Source: Candidatus Flemingiibacterium sp. (GTDB lineage: Bacteria > Bacillota > Clostridia > Oscillospirales > CAG-272). From it: a DNA stretch of 64,000 bases. The DNA lies in contig JAZTWV010000045.1 in assembly GCA_045636145.1 (NCBI GenBank), forward strand, positions 5,800 to 69,799. Direction: 5' to 3'. The translations under genes and the position numbers were made by a program. The notes under the pieces were generated by a model, which saw only the letters and a list, made by a program, of their open reading frames with translations, searched no databases and was not told the DNA's origin. Position 1 is the first letter of the stretch; each line of letters begins with the position of its first letter. This document shows positions 29,601-39,215 of the stretch, piece by piece.

Positions 29601-30378
29601 ATTCCCCGGTACAAACTGCGAATACGATACCATGCGTCGCTTTGTTAAGGCAGGTGCGCACGCCGACATCTTCGTGCTTCGCAATCTTGATGCAAAGGCT
29701 CTCGGAGATGCGGTTGAGGAGTTCGTTTCACTGCTTGACAACGCGCAGATGCTCATGATCCCCGGCGGATTCTCCGGCGGTGACGAGCCTGACGGATCCG
29801 GTAAGTTTATTACGGCGGTGCTTCGCAATCCTCGCGTAAAGGAAGCAGTAACAAGACTGCTTGACCAGCGTGATGGCTTGGCACTTGGTATCTGCAACGG
29901 CTTCCAGGCTCTTGTTAAGTCGGGACTTCTCCCCTATGGCAAGATAATGGATGAAATGAGGGCTGATTGTCCTACCCTTACATTCAACGCTATCGGACGT
30001 CATCAGTCCATGATGGTTCGCACAAGAATTTCTTGCACCAAATCTCCTTGGCTCATGGGTGTTAATGAGGGTGATATCCACTCCATTCCGATATCCCACG
30101 GCGAGGGCAGATTCTGGGCGAGCGAGGAGCTTGTGAGAAGCCTTGCGGCAAACGGTCAGATAGCAACACAGTATGTTGACATGAACGGCAATCCCACTAT
30201 GGATATCCGCTATAATCCCAACGGCTCTACATATGCTATTGAGGGTATTCTCAGTCCCGACGGACGCATCCTCGGTAAGATGGGTCACAGCGAGCGTATT
30301 GGCAGAAACGTTGCTGTCAACATTGAAGGCGATAAGGATCAGAAGATCTTTGAGTCCGGCGTTAAGTACTTTAAATAA
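26656..30378 (+). CDS. purL: Phosphoribosylformylglycinamidine synthase (single-chain clostridial type)
   Basis: YWSDHCRH, KNETHNHPTEIEPFGGAATC, NDFGAGG, SESQERM, and a glutaminase domain with GICNGFQ and GHSER; RBS AGGAG before ATG 26656. Confidence 0.96.
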   Translation: MVYRIFVEKQPAHAVEARSLFADIRENLMITSLSGIRVLNRYDIEGISEDIFGKAKNTIFSEPQSDIVFDDIKIGANDRIFAVEYLPGQFDQRADSCAQCVQLITYEDRPAVRTARVYILSGDITDSELERIKAYVINPVESREASLAKPETLAESFDIPTTVETISGFIGYGEDELKEFLKKYALAMDLDDVKFCQSYFKNEEKRDPTISEIRLIDSYWSDHCRHTTFLTAIDEVKIGDKYIEDTYNDYLEKRKFVYGERKKNISLMDMGTIAAKYLKKRGVLKNMDESEEINACSIKIKVDVDGELQDWLLMFKNETHNHPTEIEPFGGAATCLGGAIRDPLSGRAYVYQAMRVTGCADPRTSVADTIPGKLPQSKITHGASAGYSSYGNQIGLATGAVYELYHPNYVAKHLEIGAVVGAAPECNVVRERPEPGDVIVLLGGKTGRDGCGGATGSSKAHTTESLTTCGAEVQKGNPPEERKIQRLFRNGDVTRLIKRCNDFGAGGVSVAIGELADGLDIDLSKVPKKYEGLDGTELAISESQERMAVVVAAENVEKFREYASRENLESTVVATVTEEARLKMLWNGKYIIDLNREFLNSNGAEKHTKIEITPVNEDGLLDGYAETLDTKNTEKAMRELISDLNICSQRGLVEKFDSSIGAGTVVMPYGGKYQLTQPQYMAAKIPVLEGETDTASVMAYGYDPFLSEKSPYHGAAYAVVESVAKLVAAGIDYKTAYLTFQEYFERTNGKPERWGKPMAALLGSLKAQLELNIAAIGGKDSMSGTFENIDVPPTLVSFAIAPMDAKKIVTPEFKAAGDKVYYFAPKYNEDKLPDFASLRELFEKVYDIAASGKAKAIYTVDAGGVAEGLMKMSFGNRIGFKSEGIDENTLFALNYGAFIIESAEELDGKLIGYTTDDGKITVGGTSVAVTELSELWENTLEKVFPTKAAEVKPEITEKFSCTARAKAHHTDSFAKPRVVIPVFPGTNCEYDTMRRFVKAGAHADIFVLRNLDAKALGDAVEEFVSLLDNAQMLMIPGGFSGGDEPDGSGKFITAVLRNPRVKEAVTRLLDQRDGLALGICNGFQALVKSGLLPYGKIMDEMRADCPTLTFNAIGRHQSMMVRTRISCTKSPWLMGVNEGDIHSIPISHGEGRFWASEELVRSLAANGQIATQYVDMNGNPTMDIRYNPNGSTYAIEGILSPDGRILGKMGHSERIGRNVAVNIEGDKDQKIFESGVKYFK

Positions 30379-30391
30379 TTGCAATTATTTT

Positions 30392-30422
30392 GGGATGCAG
30401 TCGTTGACTGCATCCCTCTTTG
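30392..30422 (+). terminator. Intrinsic terminator after purL
   Basis: GGGATGCAGTC-GTT-GACTGCATCCC followed by TCTTT. Confidence 0.8.
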
Positions 30423-30616
30423 TATAGCTCCAAGTGGCGGAAAATATGGGCTTTATGCGGCTACACTGTCAATTCACACAAAATATATGGAAATATTTAT
30501 GCGAATTTTTCAAGTATGACTTATATAAATATTTGAAAAAAGGTTGAAAGTGTGGTATAATATAATGTGGAGTGCTTTTATTGCTGCACGAAACAAACTT
30601 TATGGGCGGTGATGGT

Positions 30617-31303
30617 ATGCTTTATAAATATGAGCCTCATTGTCATACATCTGAGGGAAGTAAATGCGGCAAGCTTGACGGTGCTTCTTTTGCGCGATTT
30701 TACAAAGGACTCGGATATACGGGGCTTATTATTACCGACCACTTTTATAAAGGTAATACAGCAGTGCCGCGGGAGCTTCCGTGGGATCGTTGGGTTGCTG
30801 AGTTCGTTAAGGGATACGAAAACGCTAAGGCTGAGGGAGGCCGCATAGGTCTTGATGTGTTTTTTGCCTGGGAATATTCCGGTGCTCATAGGGCGGATTT
30901 TCTTATCTACGGACTTGACAGGGAATGGCTTTTGGAGCACCCCGAACAAATCGAGCTTGATACCTGTGATTATCTTACTCTTGTGCGTCAGTCGGGCGGT
31001 ACGGTTATTCATGCGCATCCGTTCAGACGTCCCGAAAAGCTGCTGCTTCCGGAATGGACAGATGGAGTTGAAGTGATAAACGCGTCTGCCGGCGATGCGG
31101 ACAATGAACGGGCACAGTGGTATGCTGACAGCTACGGGCTTCCGAAAATAGGCGGCTCCGACAATCATGTGGGAGCACGCAAAAAGCTTGCAGGGGTGTA
31201 TTTACCGGAGATGGTCACGAGCACTGCGGAGTTTGCCGAGCGCATAAAAGCCGGTGAGACGGTTGTGTTTTCTGATGTGTATGATGACGTCAGTAAATTA
31301 TAA
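30617..31303 (+). CDS. PHP-domain metallophosphoesterase
   Basis: HCHT, ITDH, HAHPFR, GVEVIN, GGSDNH; promoter TTGAAA(30533)-17-TATAAT(30556). Confidence 0.85.
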   Translation: MLYKYEPHCHTSEGSKCGKLDGASFARFYKGLGYTGLIITDHFYKGNTAVPRELPWDRWVAEFVKGYENAKAEGGRIGLDVFFAWEYSGAHRADFLIYGLDREWLLEHPEQIELDTCDYLTLVRQSGGTVIHAHPFRRPEKLLLPEWTDGVEVINASAGDADNERAQWYADSYGLPKIGGSDNHVGARKKLAGVYLPEMVTSTAEFAERIKAGETVVFSDVYDDVSKL

Positions 31304-31318
31304 TTTAAGGAATATTGC

Positions 31319-31759
31319 TTGATGAAACATGTTGATATTTATACGGACGGTGCCTGCAAGCACAATCCCGGACCGGGAGGTTGGGGTGCTGTAATCGTTT
31401 TCAAGGGCATCGAAAAAGAGCTGTCCGGCGGAGAGGCTCACACCACAAACAACAGAATGGAGCTCATGGCTGTAATCAGCGCACTTGAAGCACTGAAGGA
31501 GCCGTGCGAGGTTACACTCACATCCGATTCAAAATATGTAATTGATTCTATAGAAAAAAGATGGGTCTACGGATGGAAACAGCGAGGCTGGGTCAAGTCA
31601 GACAAGTCTCCGGCACTGAATCCCGATTTGTGGGAGCGGTTGCTTCAGCTTCTTGAAATTCATGAAGTAAAGCTTGTGTGGGTCAAGGGTCACGCGGGAC
31701 ATCCTTACAATGAGCGCTGTGATGAGCTTGCCTGTATGCAGGCAGAACGGTACAGATAA
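31319..31759 (+). CDS. rnhA: Ribonuclease HI
   Basis: [41 protein letters not shown]. Confidence 0.97.
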   Translation: MMKHVDIYTDGACKHNPGPGGWGAVIVFKGIEKELSGGEAHTTNNRMELMAVISALEALKEPCEVTLTSDSKYVIDSIEKRWVYGWKQRGWVKSDKSPALNPDLWERLLQLLEIHEVKLVWVKGHAGHPYNERCDELACMQAERYR

Positions 31760-31900
31760 ACAGTTCACGAATTATTTACATGAAATGTATATTCGGTATA
31801 TTGAAATCCGCACTAAAATGGTATACAATATATGTGCAGTCATATATACTGCTAAAAATACAACTAATATCTTTCAAAAGCGAAAGGATGACTTAATATT

Positions 31901-33067
31901 ATGGCAGACAGATTGGTTTATGCCGACAATGCGGCGACCACATCAATTTCTCCGGCAGTGCTTGAAGCTATGATGCCTTATTTCGGTGAGGTTTACGGTA
32001 ATCCCTCGAGCCTTCATCAAAAGGGCAGAGCGGCAAAGGCAGCTATAACCGAGGCGAGAGAAAAAATAGCCGCGCTTCTTGGCGCGAAGCCAAACGAAAT
32101 ATATTTTACCGCCAGCGGCTCTGAAGCCGACAACTGGGCGATAAAGGGTGCGGCTCATGCAATGCAGCACAGAGGCAAGCATATAATATCTACTAAGATC
32201 GAGCACCATGCAGTTCTTCATGCTCTCGAATCACTTGAAAAAGAGGGCTTTGAGGTGACATATCTTGACACTGACGAGGTGGGCAGAGTTACACCTGAGG
32301 CGGTGGCATCTGCTATGCGCGAGGATACGATTCTTGTTGAGGTCATGTTTGCAAACAACGAGATCGGAACAATTGAGCCTATCCGTGAAATTGCCGCGGC
32401 CGTAAAGGCTAAAAATCCCAAGACCCTCGTGTTTACCGATGCTGTGCAGGCGGTGGGTGCTGTTGATATAAATGTAGCGGAGCTTGGTGTTGATATGCTG
32501 GCAATGTCCGGACACAAAATACATGCTCCCAAAGGAATCGGCGCGCTTTATATAAGAAACGGTGTGCGCATTCTCAATCTTATTGACGGCGGCGGTCAGG
32601 AAAGAAGCCGTCGCGGTGGTACCGAGAACGTTGCATATATAGTTGGCTTTGCAAAAGCGCTTGAGGATGCCGTTTCCGGAATATCCGAGGGCACTCGCGT
32701 TGAAAAAATGCGCGACAGACTCATTGACGAGATAATGAAGATACCGAATACCCGTCTTAACGGACCGCGAGAGGGAAGACTTCCCGGAAATGTGAATGTT
32801 TCCTTTGAATTTATTGAGGGGGAGAGCTTGCTCCTGCTTCTTGATATGGCGGGCATCTGCGCATCTACCGGATCGGCTTGCTCTTCTGCATCTTTGGAAC
32901 CCTCACACGTTCTTCTGACTATCGGAGTGCCTGTGGAACAGGCACACGGTTCGCTGAGACTTTCGATCGGCAGAGATACCACGAATGAGGATGTGGATTA
33001 TATCCTTGAAAAGCTGCCGGCTATAGTTGAACGCCTTCGAATGATGAGTCCGCTATATAATGCGTAA
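31901..33067 (+). CDS. nifS: Cysteine desulfurase (IscS/NifS type)
   Basis: DNAATT, GNPSSLH, EHHAV, SGHK (PLP lysine), STGSACSS; promoter TTGAAA(31801)-17-TACAAT(31824). Confidence 0.95.
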   Translation: MADRLVYADNAATTSISPAVLEAMMPYFGEVYGNPSSLHQKGRAAKAAITEAREKIAALLGAKPNEIYFTASGSEADNWAIKGAAHAMQHRGKHIISTKIEHHAVLHALESLEKEGFEVTYLDTDEVGRVTPEAVASAMREDTILVEVMFANNEIGTIEPIREIAAAVKAKNPKTLVFTDAVQAVGAVDINVAELGVDMLAMSGHKIHAPKGIGALYIRNGVRILNLIDGGGQERSRRGGTENVAYIVGFAKALEDAVSGISEGTRVEKMRDRLIDEIMKIPNTRLNGPREGRLPGNVNVSFEFIEGESLLLLLDMAGICASTGSACSSASLEPSHVLLTIGVPVEQAHGSLRLSIGRDTTNEDVDYILEKLPAIVERLRMMSPLYNA

Positions 33068-33098
33068 AAAATAACAATACCTATTAAGGAGATATACA

Positions 33099-33530
33099 AT
33101 GTACAGCGAAAAAGTAATGGATCACTTTGCCAATCCGAGAAATGTTGGCGAGATTGAAAATGCAGATGCTGTAGGCGAGGTTGGAAACGCTACCTGCGGC
33201 GATATTATGAGAATGTACCTTAAAATCGACGAAAATGAGGTCATACAGGACGTAAAATTCAAGACCTTCGGCTGCGGCGCGGCTATTGCTACATCCTCTA
33301 TGGCGACAGAGCTTATTAAGGGAAAAACTGTAGAGGAGGCACTTAAGCTTACCAATAAAGCTGTTATCGAGGCACTTGACGGCCTTCCGCCGCAGAAGAT
33401 ACACTGTTCAGTGCTTGCTGAGGAAGCGGTCAAAGAGGCGATTGCCAACTACTACGATAAAAAGGGGATAAAGCATGATTTGCGTAAGGGTTGCGCCGGA
33501 CACTGCGCTACCTGCACCAAGCATCATTGA
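33099..33530 (+). CDS. nifU: Fe-S cluster scaffold protein (IscU/NifU N-terminal type)
   Basis: MYSEKVMDHF.NPRNVG, CGD, FGCGAAIA, LPPQKIHCS. Confidence 0.95.
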   Translation: MYSEKVMDHFANPRNVGEIENADAVGEVGNATCGDIMRMYLKIDENEVIQDVKFKTFGCGAAIATSSMATELIKGKTVEEALKLTNKAVIEALDGLPPQKIHCSVLAEEAVKEAIANYYDKKGIKHDLRKGCAGHCATCTKHH

Positions 33531-33536
33531 TTATGA

Positions 33537-33583
33537 TGGGGGTGTCTCAAATGCTCTGTTGTTTTGCGTTTGGGACACCCCCA
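33537..33583 (+). terminator. Long hairpin after nifU (probable terminator)
   Basis: TGGGGGTGTCTCAAATGC / GCGTTTGGGACACCCCCA, 18-bp stem with GU pairs. Confidence 0.65.
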
Positions 33584-34076
33584 ATATGTTTACAAAACAC
33601 GCGCCGTGGGTTTGTGTTCATCTGCGGACCGTACTGCGCGTTAGTTGTTTTCTATTAGGATAAATAAACGGTTTTGAATCGGTGATGCAATATGAAAATG
33701 TAAAAAACATCGAAATGGAGATATTTGTCAAAAAAACAGCAAATTTGTGTGTTTTGCATATGTGTAGAAAAAAGAGTGAAATTTTTGTGCAAAATGCCTT
33801 ATAAAATGGAGCCTATATTGCATTATGAAAACTCTGTTAAAACGATAAAATGAGTAATTTTGAATTACCTGTGCAGGATAACCTTTAAATACGCCTTTAA
33901 AAATGCCGTGTTTTATGGAAAAACGGTAAATAATTATTACATATATAATACTACAAGTATAAAACAAGCGGCGCGGCAAAAAGAAAAATGAAAAAATGGA
34001 AATGTGAACAAATACTAAGTGTGCAATATCGAAGATTTGAAGCTGTAACTGAAAACATCGATATATAATACCGCTC

Positions 34077-34105
34077 TTGACTTTTTCTTGATGTTATGTT
34101 ATTAT
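34077..34105 (+). promoter_or_regulatory. Sigma-A promoter of the 7-gene transporter locus
   Basis: TTGACT(34077)-17-TATTAT(34100) with TGn; implies a ~205-nt leader. Confidence 0.65.
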
Positions 34106-34315
34106 ATTGGTATGAAAAAATCGGCAGGTTCTCCGAAAAACAGGGGAACGGTCGGTTGGTTCAATGCTTTGTGCCGCCATTTTTCGCATCGGTACGCACC
34201 GTTTTTACATTTTTGCCACGCTTAAAACGGTTGCGGCAATGCAGATTGTGAGGGGGCACAGGGTTTTTATGCGATTCTATACCCTTCAAAAGTAATTCTT
34301 GGCAGGAGGAAAAGG

Positions 34316-37282
34316 TTGATGAGAAAAACCAGATTAACACGGTTAACTGCTGTTTTTTTATCATTGATTATGCTCGGCTCCGCATTCAGTACTACAACTG
34401 CTGCGGAAAAAACTGATGATAAGCTGTCGTCCACAGTCGGCTATGATATAGACGATGTGCGCGACCTGCTCAGTGCCGAAGAGTACGCTAAATATGCAGA
34501 AAGAAATGCTGATGTTGCGCGTGCACGAAAGACAATAGTGATAAACGCAGTTGATTACAACAAAGAGGAGACTGATGCCAATGTTGAGCTCCGCGACGGA
34601 GGTATTTATACTCCGGGAAGCGGAAGCGTAACATGGAATGTTGAGATTCCGTCTACGGCGAAATACGCGCTGAAAATAGAATACAACTTCCCGGAGGACG
34701 GAAAATCTACCTCCATTGAGCGCAGACTTCGCATCGACGGTGAATATCCGTTCAAAGGTGCGAGATACCTCTCAATAACAAAAGTGTGGCGCGACGAATA
34801 TGTGATTGCCGACGATGGCAGCGTAGCCTTTGAGACAGACCTTGCAGGCAATGATATCAGACCTCACAAGTACATAACTCCCGAATGGAGTACCTATGTG
34901 GCGAGCGACTCTACAGGTTATGATATTCATCCTTACGAGTTCGTTCTTGAAGAGGGTGAGCATACCATTTCGCTTGAAGCTACCCGTGAGGATCTGATTA
35001 TCAAATCAATCACACTTTATCCGTATGAGGAGCTTCCAACATACGCCGAGATAAAGGCGGAGTATGAGAAAAAGGGCTATAAGCCGGCCGATGGTGCTGA
35101 GCCTATAATTCTTCAGGCAGAGCTTGCGGATGCAACATCTGACAGTACCATCTATCCTGCCAATGACAGAAGCTCCGCGCTTACACAGCCGCAGCATCCC
35201 TCGCTTTCAAAGCTTAACTACATTGGCGGTACGAAATGGCAGAGCGTAGGTCAGTGGATAGAATATTCCTTTACTCCCGACGTATCCGGACTTTATGAGA
35301 TCGTTCCGCGCTACAAGCAGGCTGATCTTTCGGGTATGTACACCTCCCGCCGTATTTACATAAACGGTGAAGTGCCTTTTGAAGATGCGAATTTCCTTCA
35401 GTTCAACTATTCCGATGTATGGCAGACAGCTCCCATCGGAGGTGAGGAAGGCTCTTTCGAATTTTACTTTGAGGCAGGCGAGAAATATACGATTCGCTTT
35501 GAAGTCGTTCTTGGTGATATGAGTGAAATCATCGGACGAGTACAGGCGGCTCTTGACGCTATCAACGCCGATTATCTGAAAATACTTCAGATTACCGGTG
35601 CAGACCCCGATGAATACCGTGACTACAATTTCAGAAATCTTATTCCAGATACCATCAGGAATTTGTATGAACAGTACATTGAGCTTACCAAGATTTCAGA
35701 GATTCTCGTTGAAATCAACGGCGAAAAGGGCAACAATACTGCAACCCTTGATAACATTGCACGTGTGCTCAAGACTATGGCTACGGACGAAGACCAGGTT
35801 GCAAGAAACCTTAGCTCTTTGAAGTCCTATATCGGTACTCTCGGTACATGGCTTAACAATGTAAGAAAGCAGCCGCTTTCCTTTGACTATATTTCCATTC
35901 AACCCTCCGGATCAAAGATGCCTAAGGCTGAGGCTAACTTCTTCGAAGCGGCAGGATTTGAAATCAGCGCGTTTGTAATGTCCTTCTTCACCGATTACTC
36001 CAACCTCGGTGCAACAATTGAGCTTGATGAGTCATCTGTAATTGATGTTTGGACACAGACTGATCGCGACTCCGCTCAGGTTATCCGCGCTCTTTGCGAT
36101 AACTACTTTACATCCACTCAGAACATAGGCGTTAATCTTCGTCTTGTTGCCGCCGGTACTCTGCTTCCCGCAACTCTTGCGGGCATGGGTCCTGATGTAG
36201 CAATGGAGAATGCACAGACAATTCCCGTTCAGTACGCAATTCGTAACGCGGTACAGCCGCTTAACGACTTTGATACATTCGACGAGGTGGTTTCCAGATT
36301 CTCCGAGTCTGCTACTGTTCCGCTTTCACTGTACGGTACTACCTACGGTCTGCCCGAAACTCAGACCTTTAGCATGGTATTCTACCGTAAGGACGTATTT
36401 GCTGAGCTTGGTGTTGATATTCCCAAGACATGGGATGACCTTATGTCGATCGTTCCCGTACTTCAGTACAATAATATGCAGGTAGGTATTCCCGGAAACT
36501 ACGGCGGACTCCAGCTGTTCCTCTATCAGATGGGCGGAGAGCTCTATGCGGATGATGGCATGAGAGTTAACCTTGACTCCAACCTGGCACTTGAAGCTTT
36601 TGATACTATGTGTTCGTACTTCACACAGTATTCCTTCCCGATCACCTATGATGCGGCTAACCGCTTCAGAACCGGTGAAATGCCTCTTATCTTCGCTGAC
36701 TATATTACAATGTACAATCAGCTGACGGTATTCGCAACTGAAATACGCGATCGTTGGGAGTTCGTTCCCTCTATCGGTATGGAGGACGAAGAAGGCAACA
36801 TCAATAACACAGCTATCTCCACTGTTACCGCTATTGTTATGATGAATGGTTGCGAGAAGCGTGAGAATGCTTGGAAGTACATGGATTGGTTTACTACTGC
36901 TGAGACACAGTCAAGCTACGCTAACGAAAAGATTGCTATCGTAGGTCCCGGTTCTATGTATGCAACGGCTAATAAGGAAGCACTTGCCTCCTTGCCGTGG
37001 TCAACTACCGACCTTGATAACATCCTTGCACAGTACAACAATCTGGCGACTATTCCTGAGATGCCCGGCGGATATATTATTTCCCGTTATGTAGGATTTG
37101 CATTCCTTGATGCTTACAACAACCATGCAGATCCCGTTGAAGGACTCCTCGGTTATATTGATGATATGAACAAGGAGATCACCAGAAAGCGTAAAGAGTT
37201 TGATCTTGATACGCTTGAGCTTGGTGAAACTCTTGCTGACAGAGAAGCTAAGAAAAATCAGCAGAGCGAATCCGATAAATAA
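34316..37282 (+). CDS. Giant extracellular solute-binding protein (two CBM-like beta-sandwich domains + helical linker + family-1 SBP domain)
   Basis: Sec signal without lipobox; two repeats of a CBM6/35-like pattern (VTWNVEIP..AKYAL...RIDG; WIEYSF...GLYEI...YING); C-terminal SBP motifs YGLPETQTF.MVFYRKDVF, PKTWDDL, AWKYMDW; RBS AGGAGG. Confidence 0.85.
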   Translation: MMRKTRLTRLTAVFLSLIMLGSAFSTTTAAEKTDDKLSSTVGYDIDDVRDLLSAEEYAKYAERNADVARARKTIVINAVDYNKEETDANVELRDGGIYTPGSGSVTWNVEIPSTAKYALKIEYNFPEDGKSTSIERRLRIDGEYPFKGARYLSITKVWRDEYVIADDGSVAFETDLAGNDIRPHKYITPEWSTYVASDSTGYDIHPYEFVLEEGEHTISLEATREDLIIKSITLYPYEELPTYAEIKAEYEKKGYKPADGAEPIILQAELADATSDSTIYPANDRSSALTQPQHPSLSKLNYIGGTKWQSVGQWIEYSFTPDVSGLYEIVPRYKQADLSGMYTSRRIYINGEVPFEDANFLQFNYSDVWQTAPIGGEEGSFEFYFEAGEKYTIRFEVVLGDMSEIIGRVQAALDAINADYLKILQITGADPDEYRDYNFRNLIPDTIRNLYEQYIELTKISEILVEINGEKGNNTATLDNIARVLKTMATDEDQVARNLSSLKSYIGTLGTWLNNVRKQPLSFDYISIQPSGSKMPKAEANFFEAAGFEISAFVMSFFTDYSNLGATIELDESSVIDVWTQTDRDSAQVIRALCDNYFTSTQNIGVNLRLVAAGTLLPATLAGMGPDVAMENAQTIPVQYAIRNAVQPLNDFDTFDEVVSRFSESATVPLSLYGTTYGLPETQTFSMVFYRKDVFAELGVDIPKTWDDLMSIVPVLQYNNMQVGIPGNYGGLQLFLYQMGGELYADDGMRVNLDSNLALEAFDTMCSYFTQYSFPITYDAANRFRTGEMPLIFADYITMYNQLTVFATEIRDRWEFVPSIGMEDEEGNINNTAISTVTAIVMMNGCEKRENAWKYMDWFTTAETQSSYANEKIAIVGPGSMYATANKEALASLPWSTTDLDNILAQYNNLATIPEMPGGYIISRYVGFAFLDAYNNHADPVEGLLGYIDDMNKEITRKRKEFDLDTLELGETLADREAKKNQQSESDK

Positions 37283-37295
37283 TCTTCCTGCAAAA

Positions 37296-37333
37296 TCCGC
37301 ATACCGCCCTGCATTACAGGGCGGTGGAGCGGG
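37296..37333 (+). other. Intercistronic stem-loop after the SBP gene (mRNA stabiliser or partial terminator)
   Basis: ACCGCCCTG-CATTA-CAGGGCGGT with flanking TCCGC/GCGGG and no U-tract. Confidence 0.6.
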
Positions 37334-37373
37334 TGTAACGGGATAATCAAAATCTGTAAAGGAGACAACACAC

Positions 37374-38330
37374 ATGTCACAGAATGCAGCGGCTGTTAAA
37401 ACGCCGAAGCCGACATCTCGTAAAGACATGACCAAATTTCAGTGGACTATCAAAGAGATTGCCCGTAATAAGACTGCGTATTTTATGATCGCACCTTTTA
37501 TGATTCTCTTCCTTATCTTTACTGTGTTTCCGGTTATTCTTTCGATGATTCTCAGCTTCACAGAGTTTAACCTGCTTGAATTCCCCAAATTCATTTTCAT
37601 GGACAACTATATAAGACTGTTCCTTGACGATGATATATTCCTGACCGCGTGCCAGAATACTCTTGTATTTGCTTCGATCACCGGTCCTGCGTCTTACCTT
37701 ATTTCACTGCTTGTAGCATGGTTCATTAACGAGCTTGCTCCCAAGATCCGTGCGATAGTAACACTTATCTTCTATGCTCCGTCCATTGCAGGTTCGGTAT
37801 ACCTCATTTGGGCAACCCTTTTCTCCGGTGACTCATACGGTTATGTTAATGCATGGCTTATAGAATTTGGACTCATTACTGACCCGATCCTTTGGTTCAG
37901 CGATGCAAACTACGTTATGCCTCTTTGTATCGTGGTTGCTCTTTGGACATCGCTCGGTACTTCCTTCCTCTCATTTATTGCAGGTCTTCAGACTATTGAT
38001 AAATCCCTTTATGAGGCGGGTGCCGTTGACGGCATAAAGAACAGATGGCAGGAGCTTTGGTATATCACCCTTCCGACCATGAAGCCTCAGCTTATGTTCG
38101 GTGCGGTCATGAGTATTACCAATTCATTCAGCTTTGGTGCAGTCGTTACAGCACTTGCGGGCTTCCCTTCAGTTGACTATGCGGCACACACTATCATGCA
38201 TCACCTTGATGACTATGGCGGACAACGATTTGAGGTAGGTTATTCCTCCACAATTGCGGTTATCCTCTTTGTTATCATGGTAGGATGCAACTTGGTAATC
38301 AAGAAACTCTTATCGAAGGTGGGACAATAA
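37374..38330 (+). CDS. Carbohydrate ABC permease (MalF-like), pair 1
   Basis: 6 TM, SFTEFN, NY..LF, EAA loop LQTIDKSLYEAGAVDG, ITLP. Confidence 0.92.
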   Translation: MSQNAAAVKTPKPTSRKDMTKFQWTIKEIARNKTAYFMIAPFMILFLIFTVFPVILSMILSFTEFNLLEFPKFIFMDNYIRLFLDDDIFLTACQNTLVFASITGPASYLISLLVAWFINELAPKIRAIVTLIFYAPSIAGSVYLIWATLFSGDSYGYVNAWLIEFGLITDPILWFSDANYVMPLCIVVALWTSLGTSFLSFIAGLQTIDKSLYEAGAVDGIKNRWQELWYITLPTMKPQLMFGAVMSITNSFSFGAVVTALAGFPSVDYAAHTIMHHLDDYGGQRFEVGYSSTIAVILFVIMVGCNLVIKKLLSKVGQ

Positions 38331-38331
38331 A

Positions 38332-39204
38332 ATGGCAAGATTAAGAACCAGAAAACATAAAGTTGTCCTCAACCGTTCGGTTGGAGGCGACATCGGAATC
38401 AATGTAATGCTTATTCTTCTTGGTGCTTTCATGTTCCTGCCTATGGTTTATGTTATCATGCAGTCGCTGAAGCCCCTTGATGAACTTTGGATGTTCCCCC
38501 CGCGTTTCTATGTAAAGAGCCCCACGCTTAAGAACTTTACCGACCTGTTTAAGCTTATGAGCACCTCGTGGGTACCTTTCTCAAGATACATATTCAACAC
38601 GGTGTTTATTTCGGTTGCAGGTACAGCAGGTAATCTTATGTTCTCGTCGCTTGCGGCTTACGCTCTTGCAAAGATTAAATTCCCCGGACGTAAGTGGATA
38701 TTCGAGGTTATCGTTCTCTCCCTTATGTTCCATACCACAGTTACTGCAATTGCCAACTATCTCACCATGAGTATGCTCCATTGGGTAGATACCTATCTTG
38801 CGATAGTCGTTCCCGCTTGGTGTACTTCGCTTGGTCTGTACCTTATGAAGCAGTTTATGGAGTCTTCGGTTTCCGATGCGGTGCTTGAATCTGCCCGTCT
38901 TGACGGTGCTTCCGAGTTCTATACATTCCTTAAGATTGCGATGCCAATGGTTAAGCCTGCTTGGCTTACCCTCATCATCTACTCCTTCCAGGGCCTTTGG
39001 AACTCCGGTAACTCCATCTACATTTATTCCGAGCAACTTAAGACCTTTAACTACGCAATTAACCAGATCGTAGCCGGCGGTATCGCTCGTGCGGGCGCGG
39101 CGGCAGCTTCTCAGGTAATTATGATGGCTGTGCCGATCTCCGTTTTTGTTATCTCGCAGAGTAACATTATCGAGACGATGGGTTCGTCGGGTATGAAGGA
39201 CTAA
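38332..39204 (+). CDS. Carbohydrate ABC permease (MalG-like), pair 1
   Basis: SLKP, AAYALAK..FPGR, EAA loop VLESARLDGAS, PMVKP. Confidence 0.92.
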   Translation: MARLRTRKHKVVLNRSVGGDIGINVMLILLGAFMFLPMVYVIMQSLKPLDELWMFPPRFYVKSPTLKNFTDLFKLMSTSWVPFSRYIFNTVFISVAGTAGNLMFSSLAAYALAKIKFPGRKWIFEVIVLSLMFHTTVTAIANYLTMSMLHWVDTYLAIVVPAWCTSLGLYLMKQFMESSVSDAVLESARLDGASEFYTFLKIAMPMVKPAWLTLIIYSFQGLWNSGNSIYIYSEQLKTFNYAINQIVAGGIARAGAAAASQVIMMAVPISVFVISQSNIIETMGSSGMKD

Positions 39205-39215
39205 GGAGGGTAATA

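Noticed and set aside
33704-34061. Repeated AAAACATCGA (33704 and 34052) upstream of the transporter locus
   Set aside because: Only two 10-mers in AT-rich DNA, not palindromic and not matching the 0A consensus; too weak to call.
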